Shown here: positions 17,562 to 26,612 of the stretch, piece by piece
Layout of the letters: every line of letters starts with the position of its first letter
Numbering within the stretch: position 1 is the stretch's first letter
Assembly: GCA_964455675.1 (NCBI GenBank)
Contig: CAYVYK010000008.1
Coordinates: 62,001 to 94,015 of the forward strand
Length of the DNA: 32,015 nucleotides
Direction of reading: 5' to 3'
Origin: an uncultured Methanosarcinales archaeon
GTDB taxonomy: Archaea > Nanobdellota > Nanobdellia > Woesearchaeales > CAYVYK01
Translations under genes and position numbers: made by a program
The notes under the pieces: model-generated
The model's database searches: none
Told to the model about the DNA's origin: nothing
The model's input: only the letters and a program-made list of their open reading frames with translations

Positions 17562-19370
17562 TTGAAAATCACGCTCATATTCGCCCTAACGCTCATTCTT
17601 TCCCTCTCAATATGCTACGCAGAGCCAACACTTTGGACAACAGATTCTACCGGCACTGCAACATTTGATTTTGATCCTGGAGAAATTGTCTATATCCACG
17701 GAACCGGATATCTCCCGAGCGAACCGCTCAGCGTTCGGATCATTCGACCGGACGGAAGCGTTGAATCATGCGACATTGACATGTGCGATGGCGCATATCT
17801 CGACGGACCTACATCATCCGACACGAATGGGGAATTCACGTTCTACCGCTATGACCTCGACGGAATCGAGGGATTCTACAATCTCACTGTATCAGACAGG
17901 GAATCAAGCACCAGCATCAATTTTGGAGATGGCGCGTGCGACAACTGCCACCAGGGCAACTATTGCGACGAGGATTCTGACGGATATGCGGGCTGGCAAG
18001 GATGGTGCGGCCTCTGTTTCCTTTGCGGCGTCCCCATCAACGACTGCGATGATGACAACCCAGAAGTGAACCCTGGAGTTACCGAGGAAGACTGCACGTG
18101 CTTTGATGAGATCAACAACGACTGCGACTTCTACACAGACGAGTACGACCCCGGCTGCTTTTGCATGAACGGCGATGACGACAACCAGAACGGCCTCATC
18201 GACTGCGCTGATGGTGAATGCAGCGATGAAGCGTACTGCACGGACGAGGACATCAGCACGATGGCATGCGGCCTCTTTTCGTGCTCAGATGAATTTGACA
18301 ACGATGGAGACGGCGACGTCGATGATGATGACCATGGATGCACAGAAGACCCAACAGGATGGACATTTCCCGAGAGCGCAACTATTGGAGGAGGAAGCGC
18401 TCCTCCTGTCATCCAATATATATGGGTACTCCCCGATGAGGACATATACACGTCGGAGACACAGCTTTACCCAGACCTTTCGGAAGAACGCAATGATATA
18501 TACTCATGCGTTGTTGCGAGCGACCCACAGGGACGCGACGACATCCAGAACGTGTATGTTGACGTCTACCATCCACAAAATACCGAGGAAATCATCCCAT
18601 GTGTCACGGAAGATGGAAGCGTGTGCGACCAGAGCGGATACGGCCAGCCATGGGACCACACACCACAGAACGGGCTCTTCAAATACCAAGTTCATGCCCA
18701 GAAACTCGACCCATTGTATGACAGAGAGGAAATCGAGCAGTGCAAGCTCCTCGCGCTGAACGCAGGGCTCATCACGCAAGATGACTTCAACGCGATCGAT
18801 TACTGGATATTTGACCAGCCGGAATGGTACATGTACCGCGTCAACCTGCCCATGCTCTACCACCAGCCAGCAGGGGATTATGAAGCACGATCCTGGGCCA
18901 CAGACACATCCTCATCGGTGAGCGATCCTCTCTCAAGATATTTCACATGGATCAGCACCGTTGCGATCGAGATCGACTTCTACGACGGCATTGATTATGG
19001 AACGCTCCAGCCAAGCGTGTACAAAATAATCCAAGGGAACTACGCAATGCAGGATGGAGACAACCAGCCGACGATCAAGAACGAAGGAAACGAGCCAGTC
19101 AGCCTCCGCATCGAGAGCACAAACCTCACTGGCGAGCAATTCCAGAAAGTCATTGATGATTTTAACGTGAAATGGGACCCTGAGGAACGCGGAAGCGGAT
19201 ACGGACAGACATACTTTGGGAGCGGGCAAGAGGTGGAACTTGCAGATCCGCTGGAACTATGCCAGACAGAGAAGATCGATTTCTCCGTGCACGCTGACGT
19301 GGGACTACCCGCTGACGCATATAGCGGCACGCTGACAATCAGGGCGCTTGCGGCAGGCCTACCACCTTGA
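17562..19370 (+). CDS. Secreted paralogue with added N-terminal Ig-like and Cys/Asp-rich (MopE-like) modules (602 aa), candidate minor/tip subunit
   Basis: TTG start with gagga at 17551-17555; signal peptide; Ig-like 'FDPGEIVYIHGTGY..RPDG'; 'DCDDDNPEVNPG..CFDEINNDCD' and 'C.NG.DDNQNGLIDCAD.EC'. The C-terminal ~325 aa share long identical blocks with 16383. Confidence 0.85.
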   Translation: MKITLIFALTLILSLSICYAEPTLWTTDSTGTATFDFDPGEIVYIHGTGYLPSEPLSVRIIRPDGSVESCDIDMCDGAYLDGPTSSDTNGEFTFYRYDLDGIEGFYNLTVSDRESSTSINFGDGACDNCHQGNYCDEDSDGYAGWQGWCGLCFLCGVPINDCDDDNPEVNPGVTEEDCTCFDEINNDCDFYTDEYDPGCFCMNGDDDNQNGLIDCADGECSDEAYCTDEDISTMACGLFSCSDEFDNDGDGDVDDDDHGCTEDPTGWTFPESATIGGGSAPPVIQYIWVLPDEDIYTSETQLYPDLSEERNDIYSCVVASDPQGRDDIQNVYVDVYHPQNTEEIIPCVTEDGSVCDQSGYGQPWDHTPQNGLFKYQVHAQKLDPLYDREEIEQCKLLALNAGLITQDDFNAIDYWIFDQPEWYMYRVNLPMLYHQPAGDYEARSWATDTSSSVSDPLSRYFTWISTVAIEIDFYDGIDYGTLQPSVYKIIQGNYAMQDGDNQPTIKNEGNEPVSLRIESTNLTGEQFQKVIDDFNVKWDPEERGSGYGQTYFGSGQEVELADPLELCQTEKIDFSVHADVGLPADAYSGTLTIRALAAGLPP

Positions 19371-19424
19371 TTCTGACTTGACCCAACTGATGGTTATTAA
19401 AATCAATGCGGATTCTCCTCCTTG

Positions 19425-20057
19425 ATGCACAATAGGAAATACAGCCTCAACATGCTCGACGAACTTGATCTTGAAGTACTCTGCAGGCACGTACCAGCAC
19501 ACTACCAGCCAACACCCCGGCCGATCGTGATGTGCGTTGGGGCGCTCTTTGATGTTGAAGCCGCAACACTTCGGCAGTTTCATCATGATGCATACCACAT
19601 CCCTCCGCACGATACCATCGTTGCGGCATGCAACACAACCGACACACCTGTCAGCGCCCGCAGTGCTGACGGCTTTGACTACGCCCAATTCGGCTGGATG
19701 AATGGAGACGCGCGAAGAGACCTCACGTGGATGGGGCCACTCATGAAAACGAAGCGAGTAGCATACGACCTCTCCTCCATCCGTAATCCCGACCTCGTGC
19801 GGACCCATGAATGGGCCGATGTGTTTGGAAAAGCCCTCATCTGGACACTACCCTCGGGAGTCGTCATCACGCAAATTAAATCCCACGACGCCCATCTGTA
19901 CACGCGGCTCCTTGCGGAGATTGAAGCACGATATGATGTCAGACCTGTTTTTTCCGGAGTTACCGGAGTTGGGGATGAAGACGATCCGTTTGAGAACGAT
20001 TATCACACGATCGGGATCTTCCAAGGAAGGCATGGAACGGAACTCGCACGAAGATGA
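19425..20057 (+). CDS. Hypothetical protein (210 aa), possibly a degenerate class I methyltransferase-like fold
   Basis: ttattaa at 19394-19400 sits 25-31 nt before ATG 19425. Weak motif order IVMCVGA..YDL..IRNP..LPSGVVI; the fold call is speculative. Confidence 0.6.
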   Translation: MHNRKYSLNMLDELDLEVLCRHVPAHYQPTPRPIVMCVGALFDVEAATLRQFHHDAYHIPPHDTIVAACNTTDTPVSARSADGFDYAQFGWMNGDARRDLTWMGPLMKTKRVAYDLSSIRNPDLVRTHEWADVFGKALIWTLPSGVVITQIKSHDAHLYTRLLAEIEARYDVRPVFSGVTGVGDEDDPFENDYHTIGIFQGRHGTELARR

Positions 20058-20100
20058 GTGTTCACAATACGACACCCGCGCAACCCTTGAAGATCCTATT

Positions 20101-20114
20101 CCAAACCTTTAAAA
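20101..20114 (+). promoter_or_regulatory. BRE + TATA (ccaaacc tttaaaa)
   Basis: TATA 24-30 nt before ATG 20138. Confidence 0.6.
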
Positions 20115-20137
20115 AACAGAAGTGACTCTCAACAAAC

Positions 20138-20866
20138 ATGAAAAACGAGAAATCTCTGGTTTTCATCATCGGAGGCATTCTTTTCCTCATCATCGCAGGA
20201 GTACTCATCTACCACACATTCACGACGAAAGCAGCAACAAACCTCAAGGATGACGTGTACTCTGAATTCACATGCACATGCTGCGACGGATCACTTCTCG
20301 AGACAAGCGAGTCCTGCTACATGGGAGGAGGAATGAAACTCTACATCGACAACCTCATCCTGCAGGGATACGACAAGACCCGCGTCATGGAAGAAGCGGT
20401 AAAGAAATTTGGAGTCATGGCACTCATTGACCGGAGCAAGCAGGAAGAGTATGGATACAAGTTCCTCGAAAGCCTGCCTTCAGGAGTGCCAAACATGAGC
20501 ATCGAGCCTCTCGTCGTTGATCTTGGGAACATCAGTATATCAAAAGGGATATTCATCCAAGACTACAAGATCAAGAACAACGGTGATGCCGACCTTATCA
20601 TTACGGATATCAGCACATCATGCGCATGCCTGCACGCATCATTCATCAAGGACGGCAGGGAGACCGTGCGCATGGGACGATTCAGCCACGAAGAAGGATG
20701 GCAATTCGTGCTTCGCCCAGGAGAGAACGCAATACTGCGCGGATACCTTGATGCGCGCGTCACGAACTGGCAGCTTGGACATGTCGAACGGTTCATCACG
20801 ATCGTTTCAAACGACCCCGTCCACTTCAATTCTGGCGTTGCAATGATGATGAACCTCGTGCCGTGA
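20138..20866 (+). CDS. Membrane-anchored CcmH-like CxxC domain fused to a DUF1573-like Ig domain
   Basis: N-terminal TM. 'FTCTCCDGSL..S..C....MK.YI..LI.QG.DK..V......KFG' resembles CcmH. 'IKNNGDADLIITDISTSCACL...LRPGE...ITIVSNDP' resembles DUF1573. Confidence 0.7.
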   Translation: MKNEKSLVFIIGGILFLIIAGVLIYHTFTTKAATNLKDDVYSEFTCTCCDGSLLETSESCYMGGGMKLYIDNLILQGYDKTRVMEEAVKKFGVMALIDRSKQEEYGYKFLESLPSGVPNMSIEPLVVDLGNISISKGIFIQDYKIKNNGDADLIITDISTSCACLHASFIKDGRETVRMGRFSHEEGWQFVLRPGENAILRGYLDARVTNWQLGHVERFITIVSNDPVHFNSGVAMMMNLVP

Positions 20867-20871
20867 GATCC

Positions 20872-21411
20872 ATGAAGCCAGCCGCGATCATCGCGATTAT
20901 TATTCTTGTGACAGTCACAATCGGATGCCAGGAGAAACAACCGACAATAGGCGTCGCAAACTTTCCGGATGCGTTCTTGAATGATAGTACATTTAGTGCA
21001 AAGATCGTCGTTGATGACTATGCACCTGACAACGAGCTCATCGCCGTACAGAACTTTGTGCAGTACCTGGACGAGGAATACAACCTTCCCCCTGACACGA
21101 GCATCCAGTATAAGCATGTCAGGAATATCTATGGACAAAACACGATCTTCATCGGCACGTGCGCGCAGCAACCCCACAACAAGTTCGTCAACCTTTTTGT
21201 CGACTGCCTCTCCATGGAAGACAACATCGCGATCATGCGGTGGGTGGAAAAGGGAGACATCAAGATCCTTGAAGTTGTCGGGAAGAATTACCAGGATACT
21301 GAAGAAGCACTCTATGTTCTCATACACGAAGATGATTTTAATCTCAATGGCCGCGAGATTCAGGTACGGGGCAGCAGTTTCGACACACTCGAAGCACGAA
21401 TAACAGGGTAA
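20872..21411 (+). CDS. Predicted lipoprotein with an S-layer-like domain
   Basis: MKPAAIIAIIILVTVTIG-C lipobox, with the Cys codon at 20926-20928. 'IVV...APDNE..A...NTIFIG...N...LEVVG....DT..A' resembles archaeal S-layer-associated domains. Alternative GTG start at 20863 overlaps the upstream stop. Confidence 0.75.
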   Translation: MKPAAIIAIIILVTVTIGCQEKQPTIGVANFPDAFLNDSTFSAKIVVDDYAPDNELIAVQNFVQYLDEEYNLPPDTSIQYKHVRNIYGQNTIFIGTCAQQPHNKFVNLFVDCLSMEDNIAIMRWVEKGDIKILEVVGKNYQDTEEALYVLIHEDDFNLNGREIQVRGSSFDTLEARITG

Positions 21412-21439
21412 TCAGCCAGGTTATTCCTCTCACTTTGCG

Positions 21440-21455
21440 ATTTTTTTACCTTTTT
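21440..21455 (+). terminator. Oligo-T archaeal terminator
   Basis: ttttttttaccttttt about 30 nt after the 21411 stop. Confidence 0.5.
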
Positions 21456-21507
21456 GTCACGACCTAGATACTAATTCCAAATGTCTTTTCTCGACGGTAA
21501 ATGCTGC

Positions 21508-21522
21508 CGTAACGTTTATATA
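21508..21522 (+). promoter_or_regulatory. BRE + TATA (cgtaacg tttatata) for the distal surface-protein operon
   Basis: Consensus TATA at 21515-21522 and a G-rich SD-like gggggt at 21596-21601 before ATG 21609. Confidence 0.6.
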
Positions 21523-21608
21523 TTTATTGCTACTTCTGAGTGGTCTATTTGTTTTATTTAGTTACAGTAGTTAAATTACGATCAATCACGTAGTTGGGGG
21601 TCAAGCGG

Positions 21609-22811
21609 ATGACGTACAAAATAATACTGGGAATTTTTGCCATACTGCTCCTTGCAGCACCGGTCCTTGGAGCAGGAGTCGGTCTTTCGCCATCACGGAT
21701 CATCATCGAGAATGCGTTCAAGGGGGGAGAATACCAGCGACCCTTGCGCGTCGCACTCACATCTAACCAAGAAATGACAGTAGCCCTGACAACAGCAGGA
21801 AACGCAAGTTCCTGGGTCACGTTCTATGAACCAAACAGCATGAGTACACCCATCACGAGCGTTGACATTCCCGCTGGCGGAAATCAAGTCGTCATGGCAG
21901 TATTCCGAATACCAACAGATGCACCCAACGGGAACTATAATCTCGAAATCTTCGCATCAAGCGTCCCCAAGGGAGCCATAAACGGAACGGGATCAGCAGT
22001 AAGCCTGGTCACCACATCCGTCGTGAGAGTGGTAGTCACGGGCAACCAAGTCATATCAGGAGACGTACGATCCATCAGCATGGATAGCGTAGAATCCGGC
22101 CAAAACGCACGGATCAAGGTGGACTTCAAGAACACAGGAAACGTGATGGCAAAACCAGCCATCATGATCGACATCTTCAAGGATGGACGATTGGTTGACC
22201 AGATCATGCACGATACGACCACCATTTCAACAAACCAAATACAGATCATCCCTGTAGAATGGAGCACTGAAGGACGAGGAATCGGACCATTCCTTGCGAA
22301 CGTCACCGTATACCTCCAGGAAGCAGTCATTGCAACGCGCAACCTCACATTCAACGTAGAAGAACGAGGGACGTACTCTGCGGAAGGATCAGCACTCGTC
22401 GTACGCAATCCGACAGACCTTTCAATCGGGAAAACATCAAAGATCGAAGTGGACTTCTACAATTCGGGCAAAATCGACCTCACCGCCAAAATCATCGGTG
22501 AAGTCTATGTCAACGGTCAACTCACAGACACATACAACGGAGAGGAAGTCATGGTCAAAGTCGGAGAGCAACAGACACTCACCGCATACGTCAAACCAAG
22601 CGTGAAAGGCGACTATGTCCTTAAGACAAAGGTCTCATACGCGGGGAAAGCAGCACCATTATCTGATTTCACATTTACGATAGGCCAGAATGGCGCTGCA
22701 AGCGCAGGCAAAGGAAACATGAGGACACTCCTCATCATTCTCGTTGCACTCGTCGTCCTTGCCATCGGCATCGCACTTGTCGCAATAGGTATCTATCTCG
22801 CAAAAAGGTGA
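21609..22811 (+). CDS. Membrane-anchored three-Ig-domain protein, DUF916/DUF3324 (WxL-interacting protein)-like
   Basis: Signal peptide; 'GVGLSPS...IPAGG..V...FRIP.DAPNG.Y....V.V.G' then 'FKNTGNVMAKP...I' and a third Ig domain; C-terminal TM plus KR. Confidence 0.65.
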   Translation: MTYKIILGIFAILLLAAPVLGAGVGLSPSRIIIENAFKGGEYQRPLRVALTSNQEMTVALTTAGNASSWVTFYEPNSMSTPITSVDIPAGGNQVVMAVFRIPTDAPNGNYNLEIFASSVPKGAINGTGSAVSLVTTSVVRVVVTGNQVISGDVRSISMDSVESGQNARIKVDFKNTGNVMAKPAIMIDIFKDGRLVDQIMHDTTTISTNQIQIIPVEWSTEGRGIGPFLANVTVYLQEAVIATRNLTFNVEERGTYSAEGSALVVRNPTDLSIGKTSKIEVDFYNSGKIDLTAKIIGEVYVNGQLTDTYNGEEVMVKVGEQQTLTAYVKPSVKGDYVLKTKVSYAGKAAPLSDFTFTIGQNGAASAGKGNMRTLLIILVALVVLAIGIALVAIGIYLAKR

Positions 22812-22817
22812 TCTCTA

Positions 22818-25800
22818 ATGAAACACTATGTAATAATCGCACTGCTTGTCCTACTATGCGCACAATCAGCGCTCGCTGCTGATATCGGACTTGCCGTCAA
22901 ACGCACAGTCGCACTTGACGCAATGCATGAACAACCAGTCAAGACGCTCCTTGAGAGCAATGGCCATACGATCACCCTCATAGACAAGCTGAATGTCGCA
23001 AGTTTCGACTGGGACAGCATCGATCTGCTCGTCATCCCGGGACTGCCCACAGCTGATGATCCCCTCTGGGTCTCTTACATGCAAAATCTTCCCGTTAACA
23101 CCGTCAATACTATCGCCATTTACCCAGACTATCTTGATGAGTGGCACTGGATTGATGCTGGAAGCATATCACTTGTAACGTATAGCGGCCAGTCCGCAGT
23201 ATACAGCGACGAAGGATACGGAATAGTTGATGATATCCCAAGCGATGCTGACTTACTAACCGGCAGCGGCAGAAAACTCGTTCGAGTCCTCAAGTCTCAA
23301 ACATCAATGACCCCACTCGCCAATTTGATCAACCAGAACGACTATGGATTCCTCTATATCGATCCCCCAGGCGGCTTACTCCGCAACGGACTACCGCATA
23401 GCAGCGCGATCATCTACTCAGGCGTTCCATACCCTGGAGCATGGACGGCATCCGGACAAGAGATACTCCTTAACTCAGTCAATTGGATGGTGAATGGCCT
23501 AGATCAGGACGAAGACGGAATCACGGATGGCGATGACAACTGCCCAACCGTTTACAATCCCGAACAGGAAGATACTGACAGCGACGGCGTCGGAGACGCA
23601 TGCGATGTGTGCATCAACGATCCAGAAAATGACGCGGACGAGGATGGAATTTGCGGAGATGTCGACAACTGCCCAAGCGACTCCAACCCAGATCAAACAG
23701 ACAGTGATGATGACGGAATGGGAGATGCTTGCGATACGTGCCCAAACGACCCAGAAAATGATTCTGATGATGATGGTGTGTGCGGGGACATCGACAACTG
23801 CCCTGATACTTCCAATCCATCACAGACTGACACAGATAATGATGATATCGGAGATGCATGCGACCTATGCCCCAATGATCCACAGAATGATATCGACCAA
23901 GACGGCATTTGCGGAGATGTCGACAACTGCCCATATGTCTACAATCCAAGCCAGCAAGACACCGATGGTGACGGCGTTGGAACCGCATGCGATAGCGATG
24001 AGGACATGAATCCTCCGACTGTCACGCTTATACTGCCTGAGAACAATCAAGTCAATTACACTTTAGGAACAACACTCTTCTTCAATTATTATTATACTCC
24101 AACCGACCTGGAAGCACCGATGCTCCAGTGCCAGCTCTACTGGAATAAGAAGAGCTTTGGGAATCCGAACGGGTACTTTGTCTCAGTCGGAAATCCCGTA
24201 CAGATTGCAAGCGGCGCTACTGGGTTCTTCCTTCCATCACCATTCACGCGAAGCTATGGGCTCTCACAGACAATTCTTTGGAACGTACGCTGCACTGACG
24301 GCGTGAATCAGGCATTTGCCCCAAGCAATTACACACTAACAGTCAATTTCGTCGACGGAGAATGCCTCACTGATGCCCAATGCACAGGAGTTACCGAGTG
24401 CGACCAGATGGATGCTTGCGTCGGTCCAGACTATTACGATTATACCGATCAACCAGAGACCTGCGTTGCCTACATGTGCGAAGGGACGGCATGCAGTGAT
24501 CCCGTAATATCCTACAACGATCCACGCTGCGGGTGCACTATTAATGAAGACTGTGACGATGGCATATCGTGCACAATGGACACGTGTGGAGATGACGATC
24601 TTTGCGTGAATGAGCCAGTACACAGCTTATGCGATGATACACTCTACTGCAACGGACAAGAGTCATGCGATATCCTAGAAGGATGTGTCAATGGAGCAGC
24701 TCCGGCACTAGATGACGGCGTCATCTGCACCATCGATTCATGCGATGAGGAACTCGACAGCGTCACACACAGCGCAAGCGACGCTCTCTGCGATAACGGA
24801 CTCTTCTGTGACGGCGTAGAGACCTGCGATCAAGTTCTCGACTGCCAGATTGGAACCGCAGTTGACTGCTCGGCGTACGGAGTTGGCACATGCACGAACG
24901 ACCCTGATAACAATCCATTCACGTATGATTACTACCTCTCCACGTGCGACGAGTCAACAGACTCATGCACACAGGACGCTCCTGCAATGACTCACGAGTG
25001 CGACATCGACAACTGCGGAGCGGAATGCATCACCGATACCGACTGCGGATCAGTCTGTTCCCTTCAGGATGGATGCTATGACGGCATGTACCGAGATTAT
25101 CTCGATGTGCCAAGCACATGCAGCGCGTGCGAATGCGCAGCGGTCGAGTGCACACAGTATATCCAACTCCAGACAGATGGAGATGAAGATGGCGCAGATA
25201 TTGAATGCGAACTTGATTGCGATGACAACAATCCAGCAGTTTATCCTGGAGCCCTAGAAATCTGTGACGGCGTCGATAACAACTGCATCGATGGAGCTGA
25301 CGAAGGCTTCCCTGACAATGATGCGGATGACCTAGCCGACTGCGTGGATAGCGATGATGATAATGACGGCCTTCCTGACACGATTGAACTTGACATGACT
25401 GACGGATTCTCAACGGACCCATTCAATGCGGATAGCGATGGCGAAGGCTTACTTGACGGCGCAGAGGATGCGAACGTCAACGGACAGGTCGACGAAGGTG
25501 AGACCGATCCAAACAATGCAGATACTGATGGAGATACGTACAGCGATCTCATTGATCTGTTCCCCCTTGATGCAACCGAATGGACAGACCTAGATAGCGA
25601 CGGCACTGGGGACAACAGCGACCCAGACATGGACGGAGACGGAACCCTCAATGAAGATGACACCATCATCGGAAACCATCTGCAGATCTCGGTCACGATC
25701 AACGGAAATACCGCAGCTAGCGGACTATCCGTGAACGGAACGGTCGACCCGGCAACCTTTACAGATGACGGAGAAGTGACAATCTCTGGCGATGGAGTAC

Positions 25801-26612
25801 CTATAGTCACATTCGTCCATGGATTTGAAAGCATCCTTGACTTGCGCGGAATCTCGATCCAGATGAGTAACGATGGAACAGGATCCCTGATCATCAGCGG
25901 CATCACCCTTGCCGAAGGAGAGACAAAGAGCGCATACCTACCTGATGTCAGCACATCAAGCACAGTCTGCGTCTTTGACGAGGAAGTCGTGACACTCAGC
26001 GTTGAAGGAGACTGCGCAAACGGCATCAAGCTGACATGCCCAGGAACGAACGGAGCTTACGAATGTACAGCAACTCTTGGAGCACCCTATACTATATCAG
26101 GACTTCGGCATTCCGGCGTCACCGAATACAGCTATACTGCACCAGTTGTCAACAATCCAGGAGGCGGTGGAGGCAGCAGCAGACGAACTACACCAACCCC
26201 TACACCAGTACCAAGCTTTGATTTCCTCTCAGCATTCTTTGACTCGCAGTGCGTGCCAGATTGGCAATGCGGATCTTGGAATTCATGCCAGGCGAGCGGA
26301 ACACAGACACGAACATGCCAGGACATGCATCAATGCGGAACTCTAACCGGAAAACCAGTTGAGCAACAAGCGTGCACGATCGCATCGGTCACGGAAGTGA
26401 CCACAGAACCTGCTGGAAGCGTAGCGACAGAAGAACAGATCGAACCAACCGCCACACCAGAGGAGCCCGAAACACCTGGAATCACCGGAGCAGTCATCGG
26501 CGGATTCCAAAAGCACGCAATCGCCTGGCTCATCGTCGTAGCCGCCTTAATTGGCATCCTTGTTGGAGTACGGTTCTACGTGAAAAAACCCAAAAAGGAC
26601 AGATCAAAATGA
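22818..26612 (+). CDS. Large Ca2+-binding surface adhesin-like protein with TSP3 repeats, Cys-rich repeats, MopE-like and TSP1-like modules and a C-terminal TM (1264 aa)
   Basis: SD aggtga at 22806-22811; signal peptide; DNCP..YNP.Q.D.D.DG.GDACD repeats (~23500-24000); DDG.SCT.D.C / CDD.L.C.G.E.CD repeats; DCDDNNPAVYPGA.EICDGVDNNC; CVPDWQCGSWNSC..GTQTRTC; GITGAVIG, TM and basic tail. Confidence 0.9.
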   Translation: MKHYVIIALLVLLCAQSALAADIGLAVKRTVALDAMHEQPVKTLLESNGHTITLIDKLNVASFDWDSIDLLVIPGLPTADDPLWVSYMQNLPVNTVNTIAIYPDYLDEWHWIDAGSISLVTYSGQSAVYSDEGYGIVDDIPSDADLLTGSGRKLVRVLKSQTSMTPLANLINQNDYGFLYIDPPGGLLRNGLPHSSAIIYSGVPYPGAWTASGQEILLNSVNWMVNGLDQDEDGITDGDDNCPTVYNPEQEDTDSDGVGDACDVCINDPENDADEDGICGDVDNCPSDSNPDQTDSDDDGMGDACDTCPNDPENDSDDDGVCGDIDNCPDTSNPSQTDTDNDDIGDACDLCPNDPQNDIDQDGICGDVDNCPYVYNPSQQDTDGDGVGTACDSDEDMNPPTVTLILPENNQVNYTLGTTLFFNYYYTPTDLEAPMLQCQLYWNKKSFGNPNGYFVSVGNPVQIASGATGFFLPSPFTRSYGLSQTILWNVRCTDGVNQAFAPSNYTLTVNFVDGECLTDAQCTGVTECDQMDACVGPDYYDYTDQPETCVAYMCEGTACSDPVISYNDPRCGCTINEDCDDGISCTMDTCGDDDLCVNEPVHSLCDDTLYCNGQESCDILEGCVNGAAPALDDGVICTIDSCDEELDSVTHSASDALCDNGLFCDGVETCDQVLDCQIGTAVDCSAYGVGTCTNDPDNNPFTYDYYLSTCDESTDSCTQDAPAMTHECDIDNCGAECITDTDCGSVCSLQDGCYDGMYRDYLDVPSTCSACECAAVECTQYIQLQTDGDEDGADIECELDCDDNNPAVYPGALEICDGVDNNCIDGADEGFPDNDADDLADCVDSDDDNDGLPDTIELDMTDGFSTDPFNADSDGEGLLDGAEDANVNGQVDEGETDPNNADTDGDTYSDLIDLFPLDATEWTDLDSDGTGDNSDPDMDGDGTLNEDDTIIGNHLQISVTINGNTAASGLSVNGTVDPATFTDDGEVTISGDGVPIVTFVHGFESILDLRGISIQMSNDGTGSLIISGITLAEGETKSAYLPDVSTSSTVCVFDEEVVTLSVEGDCANGIKLTCPGTNGAYECTATLGAPYTISGLRHSGVTEYSYTAPVVNNPGGGGGSSRRTTPTPTPVPSFDFLSAFFDSQCVPDWQCGSWNSCQASGTQTRTCQDMHQCGTLTGKPVEQQACTIASVTEVTTEPAGSVATEEQIEPTATPEEPETPGITGAVIGGFQKHAIAWLIVVAALIGILVGVRFYVKKPKKDRSK

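Noticed and set aside
16383..19370. Diversity-generating retroelement TR/VR pair
   Set aside because: Differences between the paralogues are largely synonymous and not adenine-specific, both copies are intact genes, and there is no reverse transcriptase in the window.
20563..21327. 254-aa minus-strand ORF
   Set aside because: It overlaps two well-supported + strand genes and has no recognisable motifs.
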